A DNA stretch of 32,000 bases from Halalkalibacterium halodurans (GTDB lineage: Bacteria > Bacillota > Bacilli > Bacillales > Bacillaceae_D): assembly GCF_004376175.1 (NCBI RefSeq), contig NZ_SNUY01000037.1, forward strand, positions 7,455 through 39,454, given 5' to 3'. Both the position numbers and the translations under genes were made by a program. Numbering within the stretch: the stretch's first letter is position 1; every line of letters starts with the position of its first letter. The notes below the pieces were generated by a model. The model saw only the letters and a list, made by a program, of their open reading frames with translations, did not search any database and had not been told where the DNA came from. Positions 1 to 8,294 of the stretch are shown piece after piece.

Positions 1-1
1 G

Positions 2-1495
2 TTTTTAGAGATTACGAAACCTTTTGTTGATAAGCTTCTTTTGTATTTGAAAGGGATCCCTACATTGATTATCGTCACCGATCATGAACGTGTCGTCCTT
101 GATGTAACGGGGGAAGCCTTTTTTCAAGAAGAGCTCGGATTAAAGCCAGGATTGGCCTTTACGGAAAAGGGGGCAGGAACGAATGCTGTAGACTTAGCGC
201 TTACATATGAGAAGACGTTCCAAGTCAAAGGAAAGGAACACTTCTTTGAAAGTATGCACAACTTTTCATGTACAAGCTGCTTATTTAGTACAGTTAATTG
301 GTATAATGAACCTCAAAAGGGAACAATCGGGATTATGACAAGCGTGGAAAATGCCAGTCCGCTACATAGTGGTCTGTTATCTTCAGTCGTTGATGGGATT
401 GAGCGAGAATTTAAGCTACGGGTTCAAAATCGCAAGTTGGAAAGCCTGAATCAAATTATGGTCACAACGTCGAGAAACGGAATTGTTATTACGGATAAAG
501 AAGGCAAGATAACCGAGTGCAACCATAGCGCGGAAGAGTTGTTTGCCATTGATCGTGAGGATATGTTAGGGAAGAAGGTTCGCGAGGTTCAGCCATTTGG
601 CGAATATGTTGAGTTAGCCGTGAGGAAGAAACAACGCATTGACAACATGGATTTAAACTTTATAAACATTGAAAATAAGATGAAGTATATTACGATGGAC
701 GTATCACCAATCTACGGAAAAAATCAAGAATTTATTGGTGCTTATGGCCAATTTCGTGATATCACGGATCGTGTAGAACTAGAACAGCAAGTAATTCAAA
801 ATGAGAAATTCTCTGCGATAGGTCGACTGAGTGCTGGGCTTGCCCATGAAATACGGAATCCGTTAACACCGATTATTGGTTTCGTGAATCTATTAAAAAA
901 TGAAAGCTATTTAGATGAAAAGGCGAAGCAATACTTACGAATCATGTCAGATGAGCTGGAGCGAGTTCGCAAGCTCGTAAATGATTTTGTGATCGTCTCA
1001 AAGCCGGAGCCGCCAGAGTTAAAGAAAACGAGTCTACATACTCTTGTTGAGCAAGTAATTCGCTTTATGGAAAGTCAAGGATCTTTACATAATGTTCAAA
1101 TGGAAGTAAATCATTCGATTGATGAAACGGATGAATTACTAGTAGATGCAAGTCAAATGAAGCAAGTGTTGATCAATCTCCTAACGAACGCGATGGATGC
1201 GATGGAGCGCGGGGGAGCCATTCGAGTAGAGACCGGAAAAGATTTAGGGAATGGCATGTTCTCAATCAAAGTCCAAGATGAAGGATGTGGAATGAGCGAA
1301 GACCAATTAAATCAATTATTTAACCCGTTCTTCACAACGAAAGATGATGGATTAGGATTAGGATTATCGATTTGTTATCGAATCATTAAAAACCATGGAG
1401 GAACGATCAATGTTGTTTCCCAGCTGGGTGAAGGCTCGACATTCGAAATATTACTTCCGGTAAAAGAAGGACGAGAAGCATTCATTTTTGAATGA
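2..1495 (+). CDS. Sensor histidine kinase, 5'-partial at window edge (AcoR-type GAF-like sensory domain + PAS + HisKA + HATPase_c)
   Basis: The reading frame is open from nt 2 through the ORF-track TTG at 41, so the gene probably starts upstream of the window. H-box GLAHEIRNPLTPI; N-box LINLLTNAMDAM; G-boxes DEGCGM and GLGLGLSI. The N-terminal GAGTNAVDLAL...KGKEHF...C resembles the sensory domain of AcoR/sigma54-activator proteins. Confidence 0.85.
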   Translation, partial: FLEITKPFVDKLLLYLKGIPTLIIVTDHERVVLDVTGEAFFQEELGLKPGLAFTEKGAGTNAVDLALTYEKTFQVKGKEHFFESMHNFSCTSCLFSTVNWYNEPQKGTIGIMTSVENASPLHSGLLSSVVDGIEREFKLRVQNRKLESLNQIMVTTSRNGIVITDKEGKITECNHSAEELFAIDREDMLGKKVREVQPFGEYVELAVRKKQRIDNMDLNFINIENKMKYITMDVSPIYGKNQEFIGAYGQFRDITDRVELEQQVIQNEKFSAIGRLSAGLAHEIRNPLTPIIGFVNLLKNESYLDEKAKQYLRIMSDELERVRKLVNDFVIVSKPEPPELKKTSLHTLVEQVIRFMESQGSLHNVQMEVNHSIDETDELLVDASQMKQVLINLLTNAMDAMERGGAIRVETGKDLGNGMFSIKVQDEGCGMSEDQLNQLFNPFFTTKDDGLGLGLSICYRIIKNHGGTINVVSQLGEGSTFEILLPVKEGREAFIFE

Positions 1496-1556
1496 TGCTA
1501 CTTGAACAAGAAAAAAATTCAGTAAACGGATTTTTTAACTATGAGGAGAGATAAAT

Positions 1557-1937
1557 GTGTCAGCTTTTGAAAATGCACTAAAGGCATATATTACTGCAAC
1601 TAATACCCATCGGTTTGAGGAAGTTGAAAAGTGCCTGCACCCTCACGCCGTCTATTGGTTTACAGACGAAACATGTACAACGATGGAACAAATTCGAGCT
1701 TATTTCGAGCACGCTTGGAATACAGTTCAAGGTGAAATTTACTCTGCTCATAATGTATATTGGCTAACGACAGGGGATGATAATGCTACATGTATTTATA
1801 CGTTTCATTATGAAGGGATTATGAACGGGAAACATGTGACAGGCAGTGGTCGAGCCACCAATGTATTTACGAAGGTTAAGCATGGAGAGTGGTTGTTAAT
1901 TCATGAACATTTGAGTGCACCGTCCGAGCGGAAATAA
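1557..1937 (+). CDS. SnoaL-like / NTF2-fold (DUF4440-like) small protein
   Basis: 126-aa ORF with a GTG start 6 nt after GAGGAGAG. Size and pattern (ATNTHRFEEV...W...GxxxxTxVF...GEWLLIHEHLS) are typical of NTF2-like fold proteins. Assignment is by pattern only. Confidence 0.55.
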   Translation: MSAFENALKAYITATNTHRFEEVEKCLHPHAVYWFTDETCTTMEQIRAYFEHAWNTVQGEIYSAHNVYWLTTGDDNATCIYTFHYEGIMNGKHVTGSGRATNVFTKVKHGEWLLIHEHLSAPSERK

Positions 1938-1955
1938 CCAAGAGGGAGGAACGAG

Positions 1956-2349
1956 ATGGAAACTCCTTCACATCATCTAAATCTGTTTGAATCTCACTTG
2001 TTACGTTATTATCAAGCAGCATCCCTGTTCGGCGATGAGGAGAGCATCGAGCGTACGCTGCTTGCTCATTATAAATGGCTGAAAAAAAGCCATATTTTCG
2101 ATCAACGAGATCTTACAGCTACAACCATTCAACGCTTCATCCATGATTGCAAACGATTTAGTCGTAAACCGAAAGACCCTTTACTCAAGCAACTACCTAA
2201 TTGGTGCTGTTCACATTTTTAAGCTTCCCATTGAGCAAGCTGCCGATGTATTGGGTATTTCTTACAGTAAACTGTTGAAACGTCAACTTCAGATTATTGA
2301 AAAGGTTGAGCCTTCTGTGGCTGTCATCGGATCGTGCTCTGTACCTTAA
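1956..2349 (+). pseudogene. Sigma-70 region-4-like HTH protein split over two frames (putative frameshifted small ECF-like sigma factor)
   Basis: ATG at 1956 follows AGAGGGAGG. Frame 0 ends at 2222 right after ...DPLLKQLPN. The overlapping +1 frame (2143..2349) encodes LIGAVHIFKLPIEQAADVLGISYSKLLKRQLQIIEKV. Joined, these reproduce the region 4.2 pattern L..LP...R.V..L....S..E.A..LGIS..T.K..L. Confidence 0.4.
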
Positions 2350-3400
2350 ACGTTGCTCGTTGAATATGTTTATGATCAGCTTTATTTCTGAGCGAGAGAG
2401 GGTAACAAGCTCCATGGGTTTCTGGCAGCAACAGTCCACTCATGTCGACGAAGCAAATGCCACATATGAAGGGGATTTTTATTTGCAGCCGATCCATGCA
2501 GATGAAGGATACCTCTCTTTAGAAATACGAGATCTATTTGTACATAATTGGGATGCATCGGGTGATTGGGAGTCTCATGTTGTTTATGGTGAGTGGCATT
2601 TTGAGATTCCTGTAGAAAAATCACCTACTGTCATCAAGCAGGTAGATGAAAAAACAACCATCATCGATCAAGATTGGTTTATTGATGAAGTGATATTTGC
2701 TCCGACAGCTACCTTTATCCATTATTATTCAGAAATCAACGATACTCATTTCGCTTCCTTCTCGCCTAAGATGATCGATCAAAATGGGAAAGAAGTGGAA
2801 GCGATCGATCCATTGACTCCGTTTGAAACATCTCTTTTTACTCAAGAAGTGTGGGATTCCTATTTAGTTTTTCCGCCATTGTACGACGACATTCCAGATC
2901 AATTAATCATAAAGATGACAATGGCAGAAATCTTAAAAGAGGTCTTTTTTGAACAAAAGCTTACATTACATGAAGGGGAAGAGACGACTTTTTCATTTTT
3001 AAACTCTGACATTCAGGTGAGCCGCTTATCAGGTGAGCGATTTTCAACGTTTGTCTTTACGTTCGAAGAAAACATAGAGCGGCCTTTTCATCATATTGAT
3101 ATTTCTGCGAGCGTTAAGCTAGCTGATAAAGTTAGAAGATTAAACAATTACTCATTTACAACCAATTCAATCATTCACCTTGAACGAAATGGTCAGGAAA
3201 TTCCAGAAGCACAATTAGAGCGGTTTACTTATCAAGATTTTATAAGTTTGCCGTTAGAAATATCGATGGAATTTTCGAACATACCTGAGGATCTATCGGA
3301 CGTTACGTTTGAGATTTTACTTTATTCAAAAAGTGAATTCCTTGATGAAAAAATGATCATTGATTTGTCAGAAGAATCGTTCGAAAAGCGTAGCCATTAA
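2297..3400 (+). CDS. Anti-sigma-factor-like extracytoplasmic domain protein (DUF4179/DUF5643-like), lacking a recognisable N-terminal zinc-finger/TM segment; start uncertain (ATG 2366 possible)
   Basis: Long ORF directly after the sigma-like gene. The GEWHFEIPVEK motif (G.W.F.hpV) is typical of the C-terminal domain of Bacillus DUF4179 anti-sigma factors. No hydrophobic segment occurs before that domain. Confidence 0.4.
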   Translation: MKRLSLLWLSSDRALYLKRCSLNMFMISFISERERVTSSMGFWQQQSTHVDEANATYEGDFYLQPIHADEGYLSLEIRDLFVHNWDASGDWESHVVYGEWHFEIPVEKSPTVIKQVDEKTTIIDQDWFIDEVIFAPTATFIHYYSEINDTHFASFSPKMIDQNGKEVEAIDPLTPFETSLFTQEVWDSYLVFPPLYDDIPDQLIIKMTMAEILKEVFFEQKLTLHEGEETTFSFLNSDIQVSRLSGERFSTFVFTFEENIERPFHHIDISASVKLADKVRRLNNYSFTTNSIIHLERNGQEIPEAQLERFTYQDFISLPLEISMEFSNIPEDLSDVTFEILLYSKSEFLDEKMIIDLSEESFEKRSH

Positions 3401-3418
3401 AGGAAGGCTATGCTTTTT
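3385..3418 (+). terminator. Rho-independent terminator candidate
   Basis: AAAGCGTAGCC (3385-3395) pairs with GGCTATGCTTT (3406-3416), giving 11 bp with one G.U and a 10-nt loop. A T-run extends to 3418. Confidence 0.5.
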
Positions 3419-3467
3419 CACATGACTTGAACTAAGAAAAAGTATTTTACGGAAAATAAAAAAACTC

Positions 3468-3496
3468 TTGCCAAGGGAAAGAAAAACGACTACAAT
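3468..3496 (+). promoter_or_regulatory. SigA-type promoter of the bglA/ABC operon
   Basis: TTGCCA (3468-3473), a 17-nt spacer, then TACAAT (3491-3496). Confidence 0.6.
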
Positions 3497-3501
3497 AATT
3501 T

Positions 3502-3517
3502 ACGAAAGCGGTTTCAT
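3502..3517. promoter_or_regulatory. LacI-family operator / cre-like palindrome O1
   Basis: ACGAAAGCGGTTTCAT lies 6 nt downstream of the -10 box. It has one mismatch to the cre consensus WTGNAANCGNWNNCW. Confidence 0.5.
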
Positions 3518-3578
3518 TATTTATTATATAAATTCGCTGTCTCTGTGGTAATCATAGAGATATTATTAGAATCTTTTT

Positions 3579-3592
3579 CGAAAGCGCTTTAG
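3579..3592. promoter_or_regulatory. LacI-family operator O2
   Basis: CGAAAGCGCTTTAG contains the perfect palindromic core AAAGCGCTTT. It is identical to the 14-mer at 5029-5042. Confidence 0.55.
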
Positions 3593-3617
3593 TTATTTAG
3601 TGGAGAGGAGTTTTAAC

Positions 3618-4961
3618 GTGTCGATCATTCAATTTCCGAAAGAAATGAAATGGGGAGTGGCAACCGCTTCCTATCAAATTGAAGGAGCAATCAATGCTGG
3701 AGGTAGAGGCGCTTCAATATGGGACGTCTTTGCGAAAACTCCAGGGAAAGTAAAGAACGGTGACAATGGAGATGTGGCTTGTGATAGCTATCATCGCTAT
3801 GAAGAAGATATTGAGATAATGAAGGATTTAGGCGTGGATATGTATCGCTTCTCTGTTGCTTGGCCGCGAATTTTTCCGAATGGTACAGGGGAGGTGTCAC
3901 GTGAAGGATTAGATTATTACCATCGACTTGTTGATCGTTTAACCGAAAACGGGATTCAACCGATGTGTACTCTCTACCATTGGGATTTGCCGCAAGCATT
4001 GCAAGAAAAAGGCGGGTGGGATAATCGCGACACGATCGATGCTTTTGTCTGTTATGCTGAGATTATGTTCGAAGAGTTCGGGGATAAAATCGACCACTGG
4101 ATTACCTTTAATGAACCGTGGTGCGTTTCTTTCCTTTCAAATTACATCGGTGTCCATGCACCTGGGAATACCGATCTCCAGTTAGCGGCAAATGTGGCCC
4201 ACCATCTTCTAGTTGCTCATGGAAAAGCGGTTCAGTCGTATCGAAAAATGGGGCTTAATGGACAAATCGGATACGCGCCAAATGTGGAATGGAATGAGCC
4301 TTTCAGCAATCAAAGGGAAGACGCGGAAGCTTGCAAACGGGGAAATGGTTGGTTTATCGAATGGTTTATGGATCCTGTCTTCAAGGGAGCTTACCCATCT
4401 TTCTTAGTCGAATGGTTTGAGAAGAAAGGGATAACCGTACCCATTGAGGCTGGAGATATGGAGACGATTCAGCAACCAATTGATTTTTTAGGAATTAACT
4501 ATTATACAGGAAGTGTTGCCCGCTACAAGGAGAACGAAGGACTATTTGATCTAGAAAAAGTAGACGCAGGGTATGAGAAAACGGATATTGGCTGGAACAT
4601 TTATCCTGAAGGCTTTTACAAAGTGTTGTCCTATATAACTGAGCAATATGGTCAAATCCCGATTTATATTACGGAAAATGGGTCTTGTTACAATGATGAA
4701 CCTGTGAATGGGCAAGTGAAGGATGAGGGTCGAATCCGCTACTTGAGCCAGCATTTGACGGCACTAAAGCGTAGCATGGAGTCAGGTGTCAACATTAAAG
4801 GATACATGGCGTGGTCATTGCTCGATAATTTTGAATGGGCCGAGGGCTACAGTATGAGGTTTGGCATCGTTCACGTCAATTATCGAACGTTGGAACGGAC
4901 GAAGAAGGATAGTTTCTATTGGTATAAACAAATGATTGCCAATCAGTTCTTTGAACTTTAA
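3618..4961 (+). CDS. bglA: GH1 beta-glucosidase
   Basis: GTG at 3618 lies 7 nt after GGAGAGGAG, in frame with the ORF-track start at 3600. GH1 motifs: WGVATASYQIEGA, acid/base TFNEPW, nucleophile YITENG, C-terminal WSLLDNFEWAEGY. From memory it is collinear with Paenibacillus/Bacillus BglA. Confidence 0.92.
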   Translation: MSIIQFPKEMKWGVATASYQIEGAINAGGRGASIWDVFAKTPGKVKNGDNGDVACDSYHRYEEDIEIMKDLGVDMYRFSVAWPRIFPNGTGEVSREGLDYYHRLVDRLTENGIQPMCTLYHWDLPQALQEKGGWDNRDTIDAFVCYAEIMFEEFGDKIDHWITFNEPWCVSFLSNYIGVHAPGNTDLQLAANVAHHLLVAHGKAVQSYRKMGLNGQIGYAPNVEWNEPFSNQREDAEACKRGNGWFIEWFMDPVFKGAYPSFLVEWFEKKGITVPIEAGDMETIQQPIDFLGINYYTGSVARYKENEGLFDLEKVDAGYEKTDIGWNIYPEGFYKVLSYITEQYGQIPIYITENGSCYNDEPVNGQVKDEGRIRYLSQHLTALKRSMESGVNIKGYMAWSLLDNFEWAEGYSMRFGIVHVNYRTLERTKKDSFYWYKQMIANQFFEL

Positions 4962-5028
4962 GAGGTTAATTGATTTATAGCAGCAAGCGACCATTTTTTT
5001 CTCAAGATTCAACTTACTTTAATGTTTG

Positions 5029-5042
5029 CGAAAGCGCTTTAG
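5029..5042. promoter_or_regulatory. LacI-family operator O3
   Basis: CGAAAGCGCTTTAG is an exact copy of 3579-3592. It sits between bglA and the binding-protein gene. Confidence 0.55.
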
Positions 5043-5070
5043 GTTTTGTGATCGCATGAAAGGAGGTGAA

Positions 5071-5118
5071 ATGAGAAAAATCAATTATTCTTTAGGATTA
5101 TATGCTTACAAAGAATGA
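5071..5118 (+). CDS. Possible 15-codon upstream mini-ORF (MRKINYSLGLYAYKE)
   Basis: ATG at 5071 is preceded by the near-perfect SD AAAGGAGGTGA. The stop TGA (5116-5118) overlaps the SD of the binding-protein gene. There is no homology evidence. Confidence 0.2.
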   Translation: MRKINYSLGLYAYKE

Positions 5119-5131
5119 AGGGGGAATAACG

Positions 5132-6412
5132 ATGAAAAAAATGAAATTGCTTAGTATTGGTTTTGTTTCGGCACTCTTGTTCGTTGGTTGTAATGGTCAG
5201 CAAGCGTCAGACAACGATCCTGAGTCGCCTACTAGTGAAGATCAAGTCGAATTAGTGTTTTGGGAGTTTGGAAACACAGGCTATGACAAACTCATTGCCG
5301 AGTACGAAGAAGAAAATCCTCATGTGAAGATTAACCTACAAAACAGTGACATGAATGACCTTCATGATAATTTATTTACATCCATATCTGCTGGAAGTGG
5401 AGCACCAGATATTACGATGATTGAAGAAGCGCAAATGGAACGTTATCGTAACGCAGAACAAGCGTTTTACAATTTGTATGAATTCGGTGCGGAGAATGTA
5501 CAAGATCAATACTTAGATTGGGTTTGGAGACGAGGCGAGAATGCAGATGGGACCTTTATGTTTGGATTACCAACAGACATTGGACCGACGGTCATGTATT
5601 ACCGTACCGATGTGTTTGAAGAAGCCGGCTTTGATTCATCGCCAGAGGCTGTAAGTGAACTCGTCGCAACTTGGGATGATTTTGAACGCGTGGCAGACGA
5701 GATTTATGAGAAAACAGGCAAGCAAATGGCAGATGGCGCAGAGTTAATTTATAACGCAAAGCGTGATCAAGCAAAACAACAATACTTTAACGAAGAAGAT
5801 CAGTTGATCATTGAAGACCACGAGCACATTCGTGACGCTTTTGACTATACCGCTCGTTTGCTTGACAAAGGTGTTATTGGTGATATTCCTCTTTGGACGC
5901 CAGAATGGTTTGCTGGCATGGGCGATGGCTCGTATGCAACGATGTTAGCGCCTGCATGGATGCAAGGAGTTATTAAAGACAATGAACCAGAAGAAGGGGT
6001 TTGGTCGATCTCCACTATGCCTGAAGGTGCTGGAAACTGGGGAGGCTCGTATGTAGCAATTCCAGCGGAATCAGAGCATCCTGAAGAGGCGTACAAATTT
6101 GTCGAGTGGTTAACTGCACCTGAGCAACAATTAAAGTCATTTTTAGACTACGGACTGTTCCCATCAGCTCCAGCCGTTTACGAGATGTCAGAATTTATGG
6201 ATTATGAAGATGCGTATTTTGGTGGATTGAAAACAGCACAAATATTTTCTGAAGCAGCACAAGCTGTCGAGCCTGTTTATAAAGGAAGAAACTATTATCC
6301 AATAGATGAGGAAATCAAACAAGCAATCGATAATGTTGCCGCGGGCTCAGAGCCAGATGACGAGTGGGAGGCAGCGATAAAACGGATTCAAGATGTTTTA
6401 AATCGTCAATAG
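5132..6412 (+). CDS. ABC transporter extracellular sugar-binding lipoprotein (CUT1 family)
   Basis: ATG 5132 lies 7 nt after AAGGGGGA. Signal peptide MKKMKLLSIGFVSALLFVGC carries the lipobox LFVGC. Size and composition fit family-1 solute-binding proteins. Confidence 0.88.
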   Translation: MKKMKLLSIGFVSALLFVGCNGQQASDNDPESPTSEDQVELVFWEFGNTGYDKLIAEYEEENPHVKINLQNSDMNDLHDNLFTSISAGSGAPDITMIEEAQMERYRNAEQAFYNLYEFGAENVQDQYLDWVWRRGENADGTFMFGLPTDIGPTVMYYRTDVFEEAGFDSSPEAVSELVATWDDFERVADEIYEKTGKQMADGAELIYNAKRDQAKQQYFNEEDQLIIEDHEHIRDAFDYTARLLDKGVIGDIPLWTPEWFAGMGDGSYATMLAPAWMQGVIKDNEPEEGVWSISTMPEGAGNWGGSYVAIPAESEHPEEAYKFVEWLTAPEQQLKSFLDYGLFPSAPAVYEMSEFMDYEDAYFGGLKTAQIFSEAAQAVEPVYKGRNYYPIDEEIKQAIDNVAAGSEPDDEWEAAIKRIQDVLNRQ

Positions 6413-6421
6413 GTGGCAGTT

Positions 6422-6449
6422 GAAGGGAGAGGGATTCTTCTCTCCCTTC
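6422..6449 (+). other. Intercistronic stem-loop between binding-protein and permease genes
   Basis: GAAGGGAGAG (6422-6431) and CTCTCCCTTC (6440-6449) form a perfect 10-bp stem with an 8-nt loop. No T-run follows. Confidence 0.6.
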
Positions 6450-6475
6450 GCTCCACAAAGGAAGGAGGAAATTCG

Positions 6476-7393
6476 TTGGCACACTCGGCGAAGGAACGAT
6501 GGTTAACAGAAGAAAGACGGACGGCACTATCAGCGTATGCGTTCATCTCACCCTTTTTTATTCTGTTTGCAGTTTTCGGTTTGTTTCCAATGATCTTCAG
6601 TTTTTACTTGTCATTTTTCAGGTGGGACGGTCTGAACCCAATGAGCTATGTGGGTTTAGCCAATTTTCAACTTATTTTTAATGATCCGACGTTTTTTTCT
6701 GCCATCAAAAATACGTTCATTATTGGAATTCTCGGGACGTTACCGCAAATTATCATCGGTATTTTACTCGCGTTCGCGTTGAATTCCGCGTTGATTCGAT
6801 TTCAGCATACATTTCGGACGCTTGTTTTTTTACCTTACATTACGTCGATCGTCGCTGTGGCGATTATTTTCGGCCTCGTGTTTAATAATCAGCCGTTCGG
6901 GCTTGCGAACTATGTATTAAGTTTATTTAATATTGATCCGGTCCGCTGGAGTCAGGAATACTGGCCGGTAAAAATCGCGATTGCGACCATGGTGTTTTGG
7001 CGCTGGGTTGGGTACAACACGATTATCTTTTTGGCAGGAATGCAAAGCATTCCAAAGGAGCTTTATGAAGCGGCGAAAATCGACGGTGCCACCATTGGGC
7101 AGCAAATTCGCCTCATTACGGTACCGATGCTAAAGCCGTTTATTTTGTTTGTGGTGTTTACGGCAACGATAGGAAGCTTGCAGCTATTTACGGAGCCGTT
7201 AATCTTTTTAGGGCGCGGCCTGCGAGAAGAAGGGATCACAATGGTTGCGTACTTATGGCGAGATGCGTTTGTGCTTAATGCCTTTGGAACAGCTTCTGCT
7301 GCAGCGATTGTTTTATTTTTCATTATTATTACCCTTACGGCGATCAATTTGCTCATTACGAATCGGATTGGCCGTTCAAAAAAAGTGATGTGA
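6476..7393 (+). CDS. ABC sugar transporter permease (MalF/UgpA-type)
   Basis: TTG at 6476 lies 7 nt after GGAGG (6464-6468). The ORF-track start at 6413 would read through the hairpin. Six TM-like segments; EAA-like loop YEAAKIDGATIGQQIRLITVPMLKP. Confidence 0.85.
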   Translation: MAHSAKERWLTEERRTALSAYAFISPFFILFAVFGLFPMIFSFYLSFFRWDGLNPMSYVGLANFQLIFNDPTFFSAIKNTFIIGILGTLPQIIIGILLAFALNSALIRFQHTFRTLVFLPYITSIVAVAIIFGLVFNNQPFGLANYVLSLFNIDPVRWSQEYWPVKIAIATMVFWRWVGYNTIIFLAGMQSIPKELYEAAKIDGATIGQQIRLITVPMLKPFILFVVFTATIGSLQLFTEPLIFLGRGLREEGITMVAYLWRDAFVLNAFGTASAAAIVLFFIIITLTAINLLITNRIGRSKKVM

Positions 7394-7406
7394 GGAGGGA
7401 ACAAAA

Positions 7407-8264
7407 GTGGATCGAACGAAAGAGAAAGAAGTAGGGAGCCCTCGATTTTCGATAAAAAAACTGGCCGTCTACCTGTTTTTACTTATCGCGTCGCTTGCCT
7501 CACTATTTCCGTTTTACTATATGTTTGTTATGGCAACGCGGCTGAACCGTGAGATCAATCAAGTACCTCCACCTTTTACCCCAGGGCGAGACTTGGTGAA
7601 CAATTTCCAAAAAGTACTTGACAACATCGACTTCTTTGGTGCAATGTGGAACTCCCTTGTCGTGTCTACATCGGTCACGATCGGAACGTTATTTCTTTGC
7701 TCACTCGCGGGCTATGCGTTTGCGAAGCTTGCGTTCAAAGGGAAAAATGTACTGTTCGTCTTTATTTTGATTACGATGATGGTCCCTCCTCAATTGGGGC
7801 TGATTCCTCAATATTACATTATTACGGAACTTGGCTGGCTGAACGATTATCGCGCCATCATTGTCCCTGGATTAATTAATGCATTCGGGATTTTTTGGAT
7901 GAGGCAATATATTAAAGAAGGGGTGCCGACTGAATTAATAGAAGCGGCACGAATGGATGGGTGCTCAACCTTTAGAATTTATTGGAACATTGTCGTTCCC
8001 ATGATTCTCCCTGCATTCGCTACGCTAGGAATCATCGTCTTTATGCAAGTATGGAACGATTTCCTCTGGCCGCTCGTCGTCCTGCGTGATCCTTCCATGC
8101 ATACGTTGCAAGTGGCCTTACGATCGTTAAACGATGCAAGGCAAATGGATTATGGGATGATCATGTCAGGAACATTTTGGGCTACTGTCCCACTAATTAT
8201 CGTCTTTCTCTTGTTCAATCGACTGTTTATCGACAGTCTGTCTGAAGGGGCAGTGAAAAGCTAA
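7407..8264 (+). CDS. ABC sugar transporter permease (MalG/UgpE-type)
   Basis: GTG start follows GGAGGG. EAA loop IEAARMDGCSTFRIYWNIVVPMILP; multiple TM segments. Confidence 0.88.
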   Translation: MDRTKEKEVGSPRFSIKKLAVYLFLLIASLASLFPFYYMFVMATRLNREINQVPPPFTPGRDLVNNFQKVLDNIDFFGAMWNSLVVSTSVTIGTLFLCSLAGYAFAKLAFKGKNVLFVFILITMMVPPQLGLIPQYYIITELGWLNDYRAIIVPGLINAFGIFWMRQYIKEGVPTELIEAARMDGCSTFRIYWNIVVPMILPAFATLGIIVFMQVWNDFLWPLVVLRDPSMHTLQVALRSLNDARQMDYGMIMSGTFWATVPLIIVFLLFNRLFIDSLSEGAVKS

Positions 8265-8294
8265 GTCTGAAAAAAAGAAAAGCGAGGGTTTACA

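Noticed and set aside
3502-3592. Interpretation of the palindromes as plain CcpA cre boxes
   Set aside because: O2 and O3 mismatch cre at the conserved outer TG/CA positions, and an identical 14-mer recurs within one operon next to a LacI-family gene. Only O1 (3502-3517) is cre-compatible. The cre option is kept as an alternative.
5102-5131. N-terminal extensions proposed by the ORF track (5102, 6413, 8964, 10180, 23951, 26021, 3600)
   Set aside because: In each case a downstream start has a proper SD at 6-9 nt and yields the canonical N-terminus (signal peptide, HTH, the MFGYSMVQ start of AprX, and so on). Several of the extensions also run through hairpins or terminators.
7063-7404. 113-aa ORF on the - strand
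   Set aside because: It is antisense to the permease gene. It is a shadow ORF with no start context.
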